From positions 40,734,001 through 40,798,000 of the forward strand of contig NC_043008.1 of NCBI RefSeq assembly GCF_006345805.1: 64,000 nucleotides of DNA, written 5' to 3'. Below the pieces are notes generated by a model, which was not told the origin of the DNA, did not search any database, and saw only the letters and a program-made list of their open reading frames with translations. Source of the stretch: Octopus sinensis. Its lineage: Eukaryota. Shown one piece after another: positions 11,700 to 24,420 of the stretch; positions within the stretch are counted from its first letter, which is position 1; the number at the start of each line of letters is the position of its first letter. The position numbers were made by a program, and so were the translations under genes.

Positions 11700-12690
11700 C
11701 ATGTATTACCACATGGCTGAAATAATTTCGTGCAAAATGATGGAGTAATATTGTTCCGTTCGATTTTTAAATAATTGCCAGTGTTCATCTCGGTTCTTTG
11801 GATATCTCCTTCGCGCCCCATCTTTAATAATCTTCGAAACGTTTTCTATAGAGTTGACATCGGGACTTTGAGATGGCCAGACCATGAGATCAACCCCTTC
11901 ATCCCTCAAAACAATCTTAGACTCCCTCCGCAATCTGAAAGTAAGCATTGTCCTATACGAAGAGAGGAGGTTGAATTGACGAGGATCGGATATGTGGAAC
12001 GGCATGCTGTCTAAGAATCTGCTTGTAGATTTCAGCATTGACCAGTCCATTATAGGCGAATAAGTGGACTAGGACTAGCAGCAGAGATCACTCACTATAC
12101 CCTTAGTATTAATAGTACACTGCCTACTCCATATTTCACTATCTGCTTCACATATGTACGAGATAACATTTCGTTGCTTCTTCGTCAGACGTACATCCCG
12201 ACATCGGAACCAATTACATTAAGCTTCGATTCATCGATAAAATGAAGCAATGAAGCTGCAACCACTGTTCTTCTGTCCAAACGACATGTTAATTACAAAA
12301 ATGAAGACGGGCTCTTTGATTCTTCTTGGAGATCAGAGGTTTCTTTGCCGGTGCATGAGCAAGCAATTCAGAAACTTGTAACCTCCGAGAAACTGTTTTG
12401 CGTGACACGTTGACATCGGAGGTGTAGCCAAATTCGTGGGATATCTCAGTAGCACTCTTAAATCTATCCTTCAGTGACATTCTAATCATAATACGATCCT
12501 GTCTAGGTAAAGTTTTACGAGGTCTACCAGTTTTGGGTTTAGCATCTTTCGTTCCTGATGACTTAAAATTAGCTGCAATTCGTTGCACAGCGCTTCTAGA
12601 CCTGCCTACAGTAGTTGCTATCACAGAATTTGACTTGCCATATTTGTGAAGGCACACAATATGTAGTTTTTTTATCACAGGACACCGGTC
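11700..12690 (-). pseudogene. Tc1 transposase pseudogene
   Basis: Track ORFs 12289-12765 and 11706-12050 are joined by a frameshifted, stop-containing catalytic segment. Confidence 0.9.
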
Positions 12691-15600
12691 ATCTTTCACA
12701 AGCCGCCAAGTTGACAGTTGAATTTTCCAATAATGTAAAATCATAAGAAGAAACTGTGACCCCATTAGAAAACAACAAACGCATCGGTTAGTATTTCATT
12801 TTTTCTAAGTGACCCGTAACTGTTGGCCATTAGAATTTGAAATATTTTTTTTTAATTTTCTCATAACTTACAAAATATTAATTCCATTTACTTGAAATTT
12901 TCATGAAAGATAGATTTTAAATATATCTAAAAATATTTCGAATATCTTGTTTCAACGAGTTGTTAATCTTCTATAATAAACTATTTCAATAGACATGTTC
13001 TTATTGACCGTTATATTATGGCCGCTACTGTACTTTAGCGGATCGGAAAAATTTTGTAAGGTGAATATTTTTCTACTTCTGTTTATTCATTCTTTAACTC
13101 TTGCTTATATAGATTTGATATGGTTAGGAGCATATCGAAACTACCGTTGATAATGATTATGCCCACATCATTTGTCTGAGAAAAGCATACAAGCATTCAT
13201 ATTAAATTTTTATTTAGGTAGACGTACTCTGTTACAAACGAAAAGTTAACCCGATTGTTATTAACTATGTTTTACCGCTCTTTTCAAACGGGAGTCATTT
13301 TCCCCTATTATGTTACACAGTATACGAATAATTTTGGCTTCTTTTATAAGATTACTTCTATAAATAATTTAGCAATTACGATGTATTCAATTAAATATTT
13401 GTTTCTATTTAGTATGTAGGTTAAGGAACGCATGTAGGTGAGGAACGCTAATTTCCCTTCTTTAGCGTGGAACTGTCATTCCCGAAACTCGTAAAAAATT
13501 GGGGGGATGGGGATGACTTTTTTCTTGCATGAAGATATATCTATAATACCTATTTATGATTACAGCGTTGTTGTTCAAGCTAGCAGCTCAATTTCAAGCT
13601 AACCTCTCAATTTCCACTATTTCATGGGATTTTGTGTTGGTGATATATAAACTCAGTCTAAACTAAAAGTAGATAATTTTTTTCTCGATACATTGCAAAC
13701 AAGTATAAGATCATGAGTTACTTGTATCCTTCGATTTTTGCAATATTTTACATACATTTTGCATTCTGTTTCTTAATACTTTCTGCAGATATTGTATATA
13801 CTTTGTTTTAGACTGGGTTTTATCATTTATGGACAATTCTAAGTGATATGATTATTTGAACAGCGAACGAAGTATATTCCTACGGCAATGCAGCCTTATA
13901 TCATCCACCTTACTTTACTACATCTGGGGGTTTCTATCATATTCACATATTACATAATGCTGCATTGTTTTAAAAATATTATATAACCATAAATCTGATT
14001 TGAATTATCCAAGGCACGTTTTCCCATTTTCTCATAACTTTCCGAAATAGCAGTGAAGCTGCCACGTTACAATTTCTTGTTCTATTATATGTGTATCACA
14101 TTATATAATTTAGCCTAACAATATAGAAAATGTAGGATGGTAATACATTGAGTTATTTTCGCAATTGGGAACCTTTTGTAATGTTTTCCTGAAACTAAAC
14201 CACATAATCACGTGCTGCAGCAAGTCTACTACAGTGGTCGTGTATCAATATCATATCATAGATTTCTGTTGATCCGTTTATTCAATGATCATCTTAATGA
14301 TAGTCCATTGATATATGAAACAACCAACTCTTATTATACACAATTATAATAAGTGCACCATATATATAGACATAATTGCTTAATGAAGCAATCCAAGAAG
14401 CCATTAGTGTGACATATTGCCATGTTTAATGTACGATGTTTTCGAAACTTTTAAGATTATGTAAAACATTGTGTAAAGTAGTAAAATTATATGGAAGTTA
14501 AATGTAATTTGGCGTTTCATTTACAATGAGCTGCAAACTTGAGAGAAAACATTTCTCTAAATACTAGGGAAGGATTAGTATTTATGAGTTTCACAGACAC
14601 TGGTGCGTTTTAAATACTATACTATTTCAAGTGAAAATTTAGCAATGCATAAGACATGGCGGATATCTTCCTTACATGGATAGTATAAGATGGACATTTA
14701 TTATATGTGTGTCTATAATACAATTACTATTGCAATATTTTATGTTATACGCATACGACTTAGTGCTTGTGAAAATTTTCCAAATAACCTATATTATAAT
14801 CTAAAAATATCAGCAGCTAAAACATGTGATGGTTAACAAGTATTGATTATTGTATAGTTTATATGCGGGTTTCGTTCTCTACCGAAAGGATTCAGGAAAA
14901 TTCAATGTACTTCATGAGTTTTGTGCGGCTTGCTTTTGTATAATTTACTGAATATGATTTACATTAGAGTTCCGAAAATCTTATAGCATTATATACACAT
15001 ATATTATTATAGCATTATTACACATGCAACATCTTGAAACGTAAGTAATCCAAGCAACTGAAAAAGAATGAATTTAACCTCCATTTCAGTTATTTAGACA
15101 TTATTCATCAAAATATAAAAAATCTCAGTAACGCACACGTCATTAGGTAGGATCATTACCATTATTGGTCGAAGCACACCAATATACAGAAAATGCAGAA
15201 ATGTGTCATGATAGGAAATACTAATTGATATTTCTAGGAATTCATTAGCGAACATATTACTTTGAGATTGAGGAATTAAACGTATGGGAAATGTTTTTGT
15301 TAACATGTAACATCTATTAAAAGTTTTACGTGTGGTTCACTGTGTACATCTGACAAGAAAACTCATTGGCTTAGACAATGCAATACACAACCAGAAAAGT
15401 AATTCAGTGTCAGATTACAACTTTGAAGGCTGACATGAACAGAGAGCTGCATATTTACATGATGGAATAAGTAATTTCTTGGTGATCCACAAACCATTAT
15501 CAACGCAAAATTTCATGTCATGTTTAATAACTCCAACAAACTGCTATTTTCTCAAAGTGTTTTTGCAACACAACACAGCAATCCTGTAAATATATCATTA

Positions 15601-16377
15601 ATTTGTCAAGTGGTGCATTGATGCATATATGTGTATGTTTTTGTGTTTGTGGGTGTGTAGGTATATCTATATAAGCACACATACAAATTTTATATCTTAT
15701 GTATTTACATTTACACATATACAGACACATGCACACACACACACACAATTACACTCACACACACAAAATTACACTCACACACACATACACACACGCTTAT
15801 ATATATGATCAGTTAAAATATTCTTAATGATCGAGGTATTGTAATATTCAGGACACCAGGACAGGGTGAGTTTAACAGATGCGTATGTGTACCACAGGCA
15901 TATATTTCTCCATATATGCATATACATTGACACATGAAGTTCACATTCCAATGTCAGTTTTAGAGTCGGCATGAGGAAAATTCACAACAGATGTTTCAAA
16001 TATTATATAGCATTTTATTGATGAATAGTTCGATTACAAATAATGCAAGCAGAAAAAAAGTTTCAATCAGCTGATCAAAACTTAATTAAAAGAATGGATT
16101 ACAAAATGTAGGACGACCAACTTTGTTAGCCCTCTTCAATGCGAGTAAGGAGATATTGAGAACTTTTTACGTTTCAGTTGCAGTGAAGGTAAGGCGCAGG
16201 TCAGGGTCAGTGTGCATTAAAATCAACATAGATCTCAATCACTTTATTTATCTGTAGGGAACATTCAAACGTATTGGTTTCTATATATATATACATGTAC
16301 ACGTATATAGAAACATACAGAAACACATACATACATACATACACATACATACATACATACATACATACATACATACA

Positions 16378-16408
<31 letters not shown>

Positions 16409-16419
16409 GAAGCATATAG

Positions 16420-17070
16420 AGATACTGTGAATAAAGGTAGAATGAACCAAGAATATTACACCAACTTAGGAAAATGTGACAGTCGGAACTCTCATCATAA
16501 AACAAAACCGAATCCCACAAAGCATTTGCAGTGCTAGTGCTGATCCCAACAATTGGGATACTTGATTGCTCTGTAGAGGAATCCCACTCTATAGATATCA
16601 AAACCCGAAAATTCCTGACAATTGGGAACTTCCACAGAAATAATGATGTTGACAGGTTGTAACTAAGAAGAAATGAAGGTGGTAGAGGCCTGAGATCAGT
16701 GAAGTCGACCTTCGAATACCTTATGATATCACTCAGGCAGCACCTGCTGGACAACAGCAGCCAAAATAATTACATAAATGCAGTACTACGAAATGACGTG
16801 ACCAACATTCTACGAGTTGGCAAAGAGTTCATCAAGAAGCACTCCCTTCAAGATGATTTCCTATACAGCCCCAAAACAGGTGGGTTCTATTACACCAGAG
16901 AAAACTTGGAGGGAATGCACTAAGCATACGAAAACGACTACGCATGGATATGTTGCCCGTATGCTTGAAAAGACAGTAGAATGGACAGGAGGCGCAGCCT
17001 CCCTTGGACACAAGATCACTACATCACAACAGACTTTGTAGTGTATGCGTTTACACTCTAGGAACAGCTT
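16420..17070 (+). mobile_element. R4/Dong-like non-LTR retrotransposon fragment (post-RT region)
   Basis: AFAVLVLIPTIGILD...IDIKTRKFLT...FHRNNDVDRL*LRRNEGGRGL...THGY matches the R4/Dong motif DRK.RK.LT....H...D..RLY..R..GGRGL ... K.LHG.Y. Confidence 0.75.
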
Positions 17071-17096
17071 GTATGTATATATATATTTGTATGTAT

Positions 17097-17131
<35 letters not shown>

Positions 17132-17171
17132 GTTAGGTATAACTATCTGTATATATATATATATATATTAT

Positions 17172-17233
<62 letters not shown>

Positions 17234-17699
17234 CATGTTTGTATGTATATATACGTACATGTACATATATAGATAATTCCTATTGCTAAATTGCTAAGAA
17301 TTCTACAATTGCATTGCATCGTATATATATGAAATCCGAAAAAAATGCCACTAAACATTTTGGAATTTATTCATGTACAAACGTCAAATCTGAAACAAAT
17401 GATAATTATACTTTGCTTGGAGCGGCTATTTCCCAGCAGATTCCCTTCCGAATTTCATCAATTGTCAGATCCAATAGCGAATATAGATATCAATCAACCT
17501 GCATAAAGTGTTCCTTCATTGCATAATGTTATTGCATAAATCCAGGAATTTTTGTCGAAATATTGTCACTGGAATCGTGATGGCTTCCACTCTAATGGGT
17601 TACTTACCCTTTCGCAACTTCTTTGCAGTAGCTGTCACTTGATTTCCTTTACAGAGAATATTTTGTTGGTGGTTTTCGTAAACGGAAAAAAAGCATATT

Positions 17700-17730
<31 letters not shown>

Positions 17731-17849
17731 GGGGGAAGAGGAGAAAGAGAAAGGGACAGATAGGTGGATAGATAAAACTTACTTGGAAAAGGATGCATGG
17801 CATTCGATCTTATAATAATATAAATAATATATAAATATATGACTATATA

Positions 17850-18490
17850 TATATATATATGTACATACCTCCATTTATATCTCTATATGCGTGCATACAT
17901 GTGTACAGGACATGAAAACACGTAGACACAATGAGAAACGAAAGCACAAAAACAAAAACATTGAAAACAAACTTTTTTCAAACAACGAAATAAACAGGGA
18001 AACGATATATGCAACATAAAGTGCATTCTCTTCAACAGTTGTCCCCTGTTTTATCTACTCCACGTTCGACGGTAGGACAATACGCGACTTCGTTAAAGCA
18101 GTCCTTCCCGCAAAGCAAATTAAATATCATTTGGGATTTTTTGCGGAGGGTGAAAGTGGTAACAAGAACTGGACAGTGAGAACAAGTCAGTAAAAACAAA
18201 CGGTGGGTGCTGTCAAGCCAAGACGATGTGAAGATTATGAACGCTAGAAAACGAGATTTGAGAAGAAACAGGTAAAAGAACGTATTGTCTTTAGGATGGA
18301 ATTAGAAGAAAGAAAGATAGATGGCCTTTCGTTAGGTGTCAGCAACGAGTCAAGATTTCCCGACGAAGGCAATGGAAATGGTCTAGACTTTCTAGCGGCC
18401 CACCGAAGGGAGCTACTGGTCATTTCCCAATATTTATAAAATCGCATTTCAAAAGTAAATGAAAGGTTAATAGGTATAATTTTCGTCGGC
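17850..18490. repeat. Probable interspersed repeat (possibly a retroelement terminal fragment), family unresolved
   Basis: GC-richer unique-looking segment between microsatellites that resembles, from recall, dispersed cephalopod repeats; no diagnostic motif verified. Confidence 0.3.
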
Positions 18491-18589
18491 TTAACATACT
18501 ACTTCTCTTATCGGTTTCAGCTCAAAGCTGCGGCCATTCTGGGGCACTGCCGTTTTCCTACACTATTATTATTGAGAGCCTCATCCGAT

Positions 18590-19700
18590 ATGTCGCACTT
18601 GCTGAGTAAGGGAGTGTGATGTTGCTGCCCTCATTTGGCACTGTGCAGTGGTGTCCCGTTCTGGCATACCTGTAGCTTTCAATGCCAAAATTTTACGCAA
18701 TCCGTTCCAGAAACTTCCAGATGTCTATTACTGCATATCTCTCCCACCTTTACTCCAGGGAGTACAGTCTTAGCTTTTTCAGCCTTTCCCAGTACCTGCG
18801 CTGTTGTAATGAGACAATCTTCTTTGTGAAGCTTCGCTGGATTGCTTCAATGTCTGCTGTTAAATTTACACTGTAAGGTGACCTTAGTTGGGAGGAGTAG
18901 TCCAGGCGGATGAAGACGAATGTCCTCCAGAGTACCATCATAGCTTCCTTCTCACTGATTTTGAATGTTCTTAGGATCCAGCCATCCGTTTGCATTTCGT
19001 CGCCATTTTGGTAATATGCAGTTGGAAAAGACATATCACTCATGTCGAAACTCATGTCACACACGGATTTAGGTTCTAGGATTGCAATCCCCGCTTGGCC
19101 AGTGTACTCTTTAAGATATTCGTTCAGTTTTGGACCGCAGGGCATGGAATTCTCCAGTAATGAACTGCATATTATTGTCCTCAGCCAATCTGTAAATATA
19201 CATCCAACCTCTGCTGCAGGCGTGCAACATCGCTAGGAATGTGTATTCCCTGCGAGAATTTCGTATTGTCTACGTAGCTAGCAACGAAGGCTATCCGAGC
19301 ATCGGAGGCCATATCTGAAAGGGACAATATGAAAAGCAATGGTCCCAATACAGTCTCCTGTGGAATATCACTCACTATTTGTGTTTCCTTTGATATGGCT
19401 CCATTGGCCGCCAATGATTGACTTGTCTTTCAGAAAGTCATATAAGGACTCAGCAAGTTTTCCAGCTATTCGAAAATTGCACAGTTCATGGCATATCCTG
19501 CATTCATCAAAATTTATCAAACGCTTTTGCAGAGTCAATTTATATAACTTCCATATTTGAGTTGTCGACTAGCTACTTCAACACCCAGTCCCAGTGCTGT
19601 AGGAGCTATATCAGCATTTGTAGCTGACATACCTATATCAGGCCCCAACCTTGACGAAAACCATGCTGGGTATCGCTCAGCAAATCGTTTCCTTCAAGTA
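18590..19700 (-). mobile_element. CR1/Jockey-group LINE reverse transcriptase fragment
   Basis: Minus strand: QHGFRQG...IDSAKAFDK...DIPQETVLGPLLFILSLSDM...YVDNTK (YADDTK)...LDYSSQLRSPY...IEAIQRSFTKKI...YWERLKKLRLYSLE. Confidence 0.92.
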
Positions 19701-19949
19701 ATGCGATTAGATTCCCTCTGACTGTTTGGTTTCATGATACAGGCCTATAAGTTTTCGCATCTGCTCTGGTTCCTCCTTTATGGATTAGGTATATTATTCC
19801 CTTCTTCAGTTTCTTTGGCAGCTAGCCATTTGCAAGAAAACTATGTAGTGGTTTTACCAGGGCACGTTTGCCCGATTTGAGGAGGTTGCTGGGAAACTAA
19901 ATTAAACCAACTTAAAAATAAATGGCCTGCCTAAGGGACATAATGTCCC

Positions 19950-21290
19950 ATAAAAAAATCAGTAGAAGCTGCTAACAGAATGCTGCAGGATTTGCGCAAT
20001 TCCAATTGCTTGATGCGAAGTGTGACAGTAGTAATATCAGGTGATTTCAGAAAACTTTGCCAGTGATTCCCAAGGGAACAAATGGGGATAAATTGAAACC
20101 ATGCTTTAAATCTTCTATTTTATGGAAACATATCAAAGTGTTAAAGCTTCCTACAAATATGAGGGCACATTTGCATGGGGACCTATAGGAACAAGTGACC
20201 CATACTGTTTTTTTAACCTTGGAGAAGGAAGACTAGATATCAATCATGAAGATGACTTGAATGCACGAAAAGTACATTTTCAAATTACACAAAGGCTGCT
20301 TGGTTGTCCGAAAGAGCAACTATGGCACCAAAGAATGTTATTATGAATAATTTAAATGAAAGACTCAAGACCCCGTTATTGATGAAATGGAAATAGTTAA
20401 TTATCCGGTTGAATTCTTAAGCACAATACAAACAATCAGAACTGCTCCTCATTGCTTTTCATTGAAAATAATGGCTCCAATCATGCTTCTGTGCAAACTT
20501 TTTCATCAACAGCTGTGCATTGACACAATATTTGTCAAGAGATTAATGAGAAGTGTCATGCAGGCCATAACAATTTCTGTCTGCGGAAAAGGTAAAGAGG
20601 TTTTTATTCTTCTCTTACTTTTAATACCTTCCAATATGCCCTTTGAGTTCAAATGACTTCAATTCCCAATACGCCTGTCTTTTGCAATGTCCATTAATAA
20701 GTCCCAAGGTCAGACTTTGAAGGTTGCAGATGTGTAATTAGAAGAAGATTGTTTCTCACAGGGTCAGTTGCATTTTGAGAGACATCCATAGTGGGTAGCA
20801 AGAACAATCTTTGCAGCTTTGCCCCTACTGGGAAAACCGAAACATTGTCTATGAGGTAGTTTTTACCAAGGGATCAACAAACTAAAATTTGCAGAATGAT
20901 TAATAACTTCGAATTGATGTTGTCAACGTCACACTATGCTCGTCTAAGAAAAGCTATTTGTGTTTTGGTTTGTTGTATACTGAAGTACAATAAATTATGT
21001 TACATATGTTTTTACTTTTCCACGAATTTTTATTTACTTATCTTGTACAAGACATAAACTAAAGTCTGTGCGAAATTAGCTTCATTTATACCCTGAAACA
21101 CTATAACTCATAGATCAGACGATTATATGCACCCATGATAATATTTGCCGGAAACCAGAGCTCTATCATCTACATGAAAGTTAACTACCATTTCTTATAT
21201 ATGTTCAATACAATCGAAGGGAATAACTTTCAATATCATTAGTAAAATTTTGGCAGCTTATTCCAACCCAATGACATGAGTTGCTGCTAG
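19950..21290 (+). mobile_element. Helitron 3' part (PIF1-like helicase pseudogene) with CTAG 3' terminus
   Basis: VEAANRMLQDLRN...VVISGDFR..LPVIP, KSSILWKH...NMR, YPVEFL...PH...LKI.APIMLL, QFPIRLSFAMSINKSQGQTL, CFSQGQL; candidate terminus ...gttgctgCTAG|T at 21287-21291. Confidence 0.9.
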
Positions 21291-22049
21291 TATATGTGTG
21301 TGTGAATGCATACGTACATATATTTATTTATATATGTAGTATACTCATTGAGAATTTGTTTTTAGAGCCTTGTTATCATGATGAGAGTAAACTTGAAATG
21401 TACCAAACACGTTTTAAAATGAGAGTGGCGGTCCACGAGAATAAATAAAATTGATATTTACCAAAATGTATTACTTTATTATCACCGTAATGGAAAAAAA
21501 CACATCAAGTATATACCTAAGACAGTTTATATATTTAACTGGAAAATTTTTAATACGGGTGTGTTGAAGCCTAAACACTATCGAAGAATAGAGAAATGAT
21601 TTATCTAATTCAAGAAGTACTTGATAATGCATTTTTATTTATACCCGGTGTTCTTTACAGGTAGTCGAAGAAATGTCCATAGCTTTTGAATATTGTTTAA
21701 TAATTGTATTTTAAGTAAATTTATATCGTTCATATATTTCTGATGACTGCCTAAATGGGGGCGGAGAAAATAAAAGGATGGTGCAATAACGGATTTTATC
21801 AACTATATATTCATCAATATAAACAGCATCTTTCTTGTGCGTTCCATACTTTATCCACATTAATAGCTTGCAAAGTATAAAAATAAATGCGTATGTGAAT
21901 GATATTTCATGGTAGGGATTTGAATCCAATATACATGCATATATGCAAATGAAAGCAATCTTTAGTAATAAATAATTATGGCTTAAATCCCAACAAAGCT
22001 ATGAATTTGATTCCCTGAAAATCCTCATATGATATTCATTCTGTTATTG

Positions 22050-22339
22050 TGTTGCTACCCCACGCAATAACAGACAATTGCGTACGTACATATATTTATA
22101 CGCACGCGGACGTGCACACACAGGCACAGCGTCATACATATATACACATATACACATGTATGTATTATATGAGTGTACATGTATATATGTCCAAATATGT
22201 ACATACAGAGAGACAGAGAGTTGTATATATATATATATATATATACATATATACACATATATATATAAGCATATATCAAAATATATATATATAATTATAT
22301 ATATACACATTTCATTTCATATATATAAATATACGTATA

Positions 22340-22389
<50 letters not shown>

Positions 22390-22398
22390 TGTATCTAC

Positions 22399-22429
<31 letters not shown>

Positions 22430-22430
22430 A
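22050..22430. repeat. (TA)n-rich microsatellite block
   Basis: Directly visible. Confidence 0.9.
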
Positions 22431-22604
22431 TAAATATTAGGGAAAAAATCCAAATTTACAGGGAAAAAATCAGATTTAGGATTAAATCCAATTTTATAGT
22501 AAAATATTATAAAATATTATTAGAGACAAAACCACTATTTTGCAAAACAAACAAGGAAAGACTTAATCAATACATAAAATTTTAATAAATAGTCAAAAAA
22601 ACCG

Positions 22605-22647
22605 CCACTACAATTGTTTCTTGTCTTGATCGACAATCTTCAGGTGG
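22605..22647 (-). ncRNA. Minimal type I hammerhead ribozyme (mirror copy)
   Basis: Exact reverse complement of 22700-22742. Confidence 0.85.
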
Positions 22648-22699
22648 ACCTCCAATAAGTCAGTTTCAAATTATAATTTGAAACTGACTTATTGGAAGT

Positions 22700-22742
22700 C
22701 CACCTGAAGATTGTCGATCAAGACAAGAAACAATTGTAGTGG
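22700..22742 (+). ncRNA. Minimal type I hammerhead ribozyme (Penelope-type)
   Basis: ccac CTGAAGA ttgtc gatcaa gacaa GAAA c aatt GTA gtgg: stem I ccac/gtgg, core CUGANGA, 5-bp stem II, GAAA, palindromic CAATTG stem III, GUA cleavage triplet. Confidence 0.85.
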
Positions 22743-22844
22743 CGGTTTTTTTGACTATTTATTAAAATTTTATGTATTGATTAAGTCTTTCCTTGTTTGT
22801 TTTGCAAAATAGTGGTTTTGTCTCTAATAATATTTTATATATAA

Positions 22845-23185
<341 letters not shown>

Positions 23186-23962
23186 GTGAGATATGTTAAG
23201 TTTATGAATATTTGGAGGCTAGATTGAATGAAAGTTAAAAATCACATTATTCAATTATTTCACACAATCGATATATTGGGCTCTATCTGAATAGGAAGAA
23301 TTGATGGAAAAAGAAATAAGAAGAGCGATAATTAATGATTTCTATTCCTATACAATAAGAGCTTATTTCGTAATTTATATTCCAGTACGCGCTTCAATTT
23401 CTGATAGTAGTACATTACTCGGCTTTATGTGTGGAGAATAAAATGATAGGAAAGAAACGACCATATGAATGTTGTTGTTGTTGTTTACGGTTTCCTTATG
23501 AACTCATATATACGTATTTAAATATTTGTATGACCTCATTTTACACTTCATCACAAAAAGGATTTATATAAGAAATAGCGCGAATAACGGAAATAGACTG
23601 TACTATTAATATATCCAGAATATACATGTTTTCGGATGTATGGCATTAGTCTTAACCATTAGAACTTAACACTTGAACTATCTATAAAACACAGCCAAAA
23701 CTGACATTTCGATTTGGAGCAGTGCGATGCAAAAAGATTTCCATGTTATTAAGAATACTATGAAATAGTTGCGCTTGGTTCAAACACGTTCAGTTTGGAA
23801 GGAACACGCTTACATATAAAAAGAATTTGAGACATAGTGCATTGCATGTAACAATATTCACTGTGACTACATTTGTGAGGTTTTTTATGAATGTTGTTAG
23901 ATATATTTCGTCTTTGGATTTGGTTTGCAAGATTCTTTATATGAGTTCGTGTGTTGAGGCAT

Positions 23963-24225
23963 ATTCTGTTGTGTCTGGGGAGAGTCATTTTCTTTTTGAG
24001 CCTTATAATGTAACACACTCACCGGTAAAATTTCCACTTATTTCTTATTTTTATTTTCCCAACATTTTCGTTGCGTCTTGCAACTTTTTCAATAGTCTTG
24101 ACTCGAGCCAAGACTATTGAAAATGTTAGGAAAATAAAAATAAGAAATAAGTGGAAATATTATTGGTGAGTGTGTTATATCATAAGGCACCAAAATAAAA
24201 TGACTCTCCCCAGACACCACAGAAT
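23963..24225. repeat. Imperfect palindrome (arms ~142 and ~121 bp) centred on ctc|gag
   Basis: attctgttgtgtctggggagagtcatttt...aatagtcttg versus caagactattg...aaaatgactctccccagacaccacagaat; the left arm has an extra ~20-nt hairpin (gttgc gtctt gcaac). Confidence 0.92.
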
Positions 24226-24420
24226 GGTTAGAAATAATTTTTAGTCGATATACCAATCGTAATAAATTACCACATATAAAATTATTCATTACTTTTTGAA
24301 ATTTGGGATTAGAAAGTACACACCTAATTTCAAGAGTAGCCCAGGTCTTGGGAGATGCTTTAATTTAGGATAATGCTCAAGTCATTAAACCTTGGTGTAC
24401 CAGAGAAAATCTGTCCCTAA

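Larger units (their letters stand above)
10991..13030 (-). mobile_element. Tc1-family transposon with long (~230-240 bp) TIRs and decayed transposase
   Basis: TA-cagtagcggccataatata at 10989 and tatattatggccgctactg-TA ending 13032; TIR similarity continues to gtcacttagaaaaa. The minus-strand transposase has HTH + GRPRKT, KKPLISKKNQRARLHFC, DESKLN, VKYGVGSV and WPSQSPDVNSIENV (Tc1 WPSQSPDLNPIENLW). Confidence 0.95.
22508..22839. repeat. Spacer-less palindrome, 166-bp arms, one mismatch, flanked by (TA)n
   Basis: Centre caaatta|taatttg at 22673/22674; the arms are reverse complements except caggtggacctcc versus ggaagtccacctg. Confidence 0.97.
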
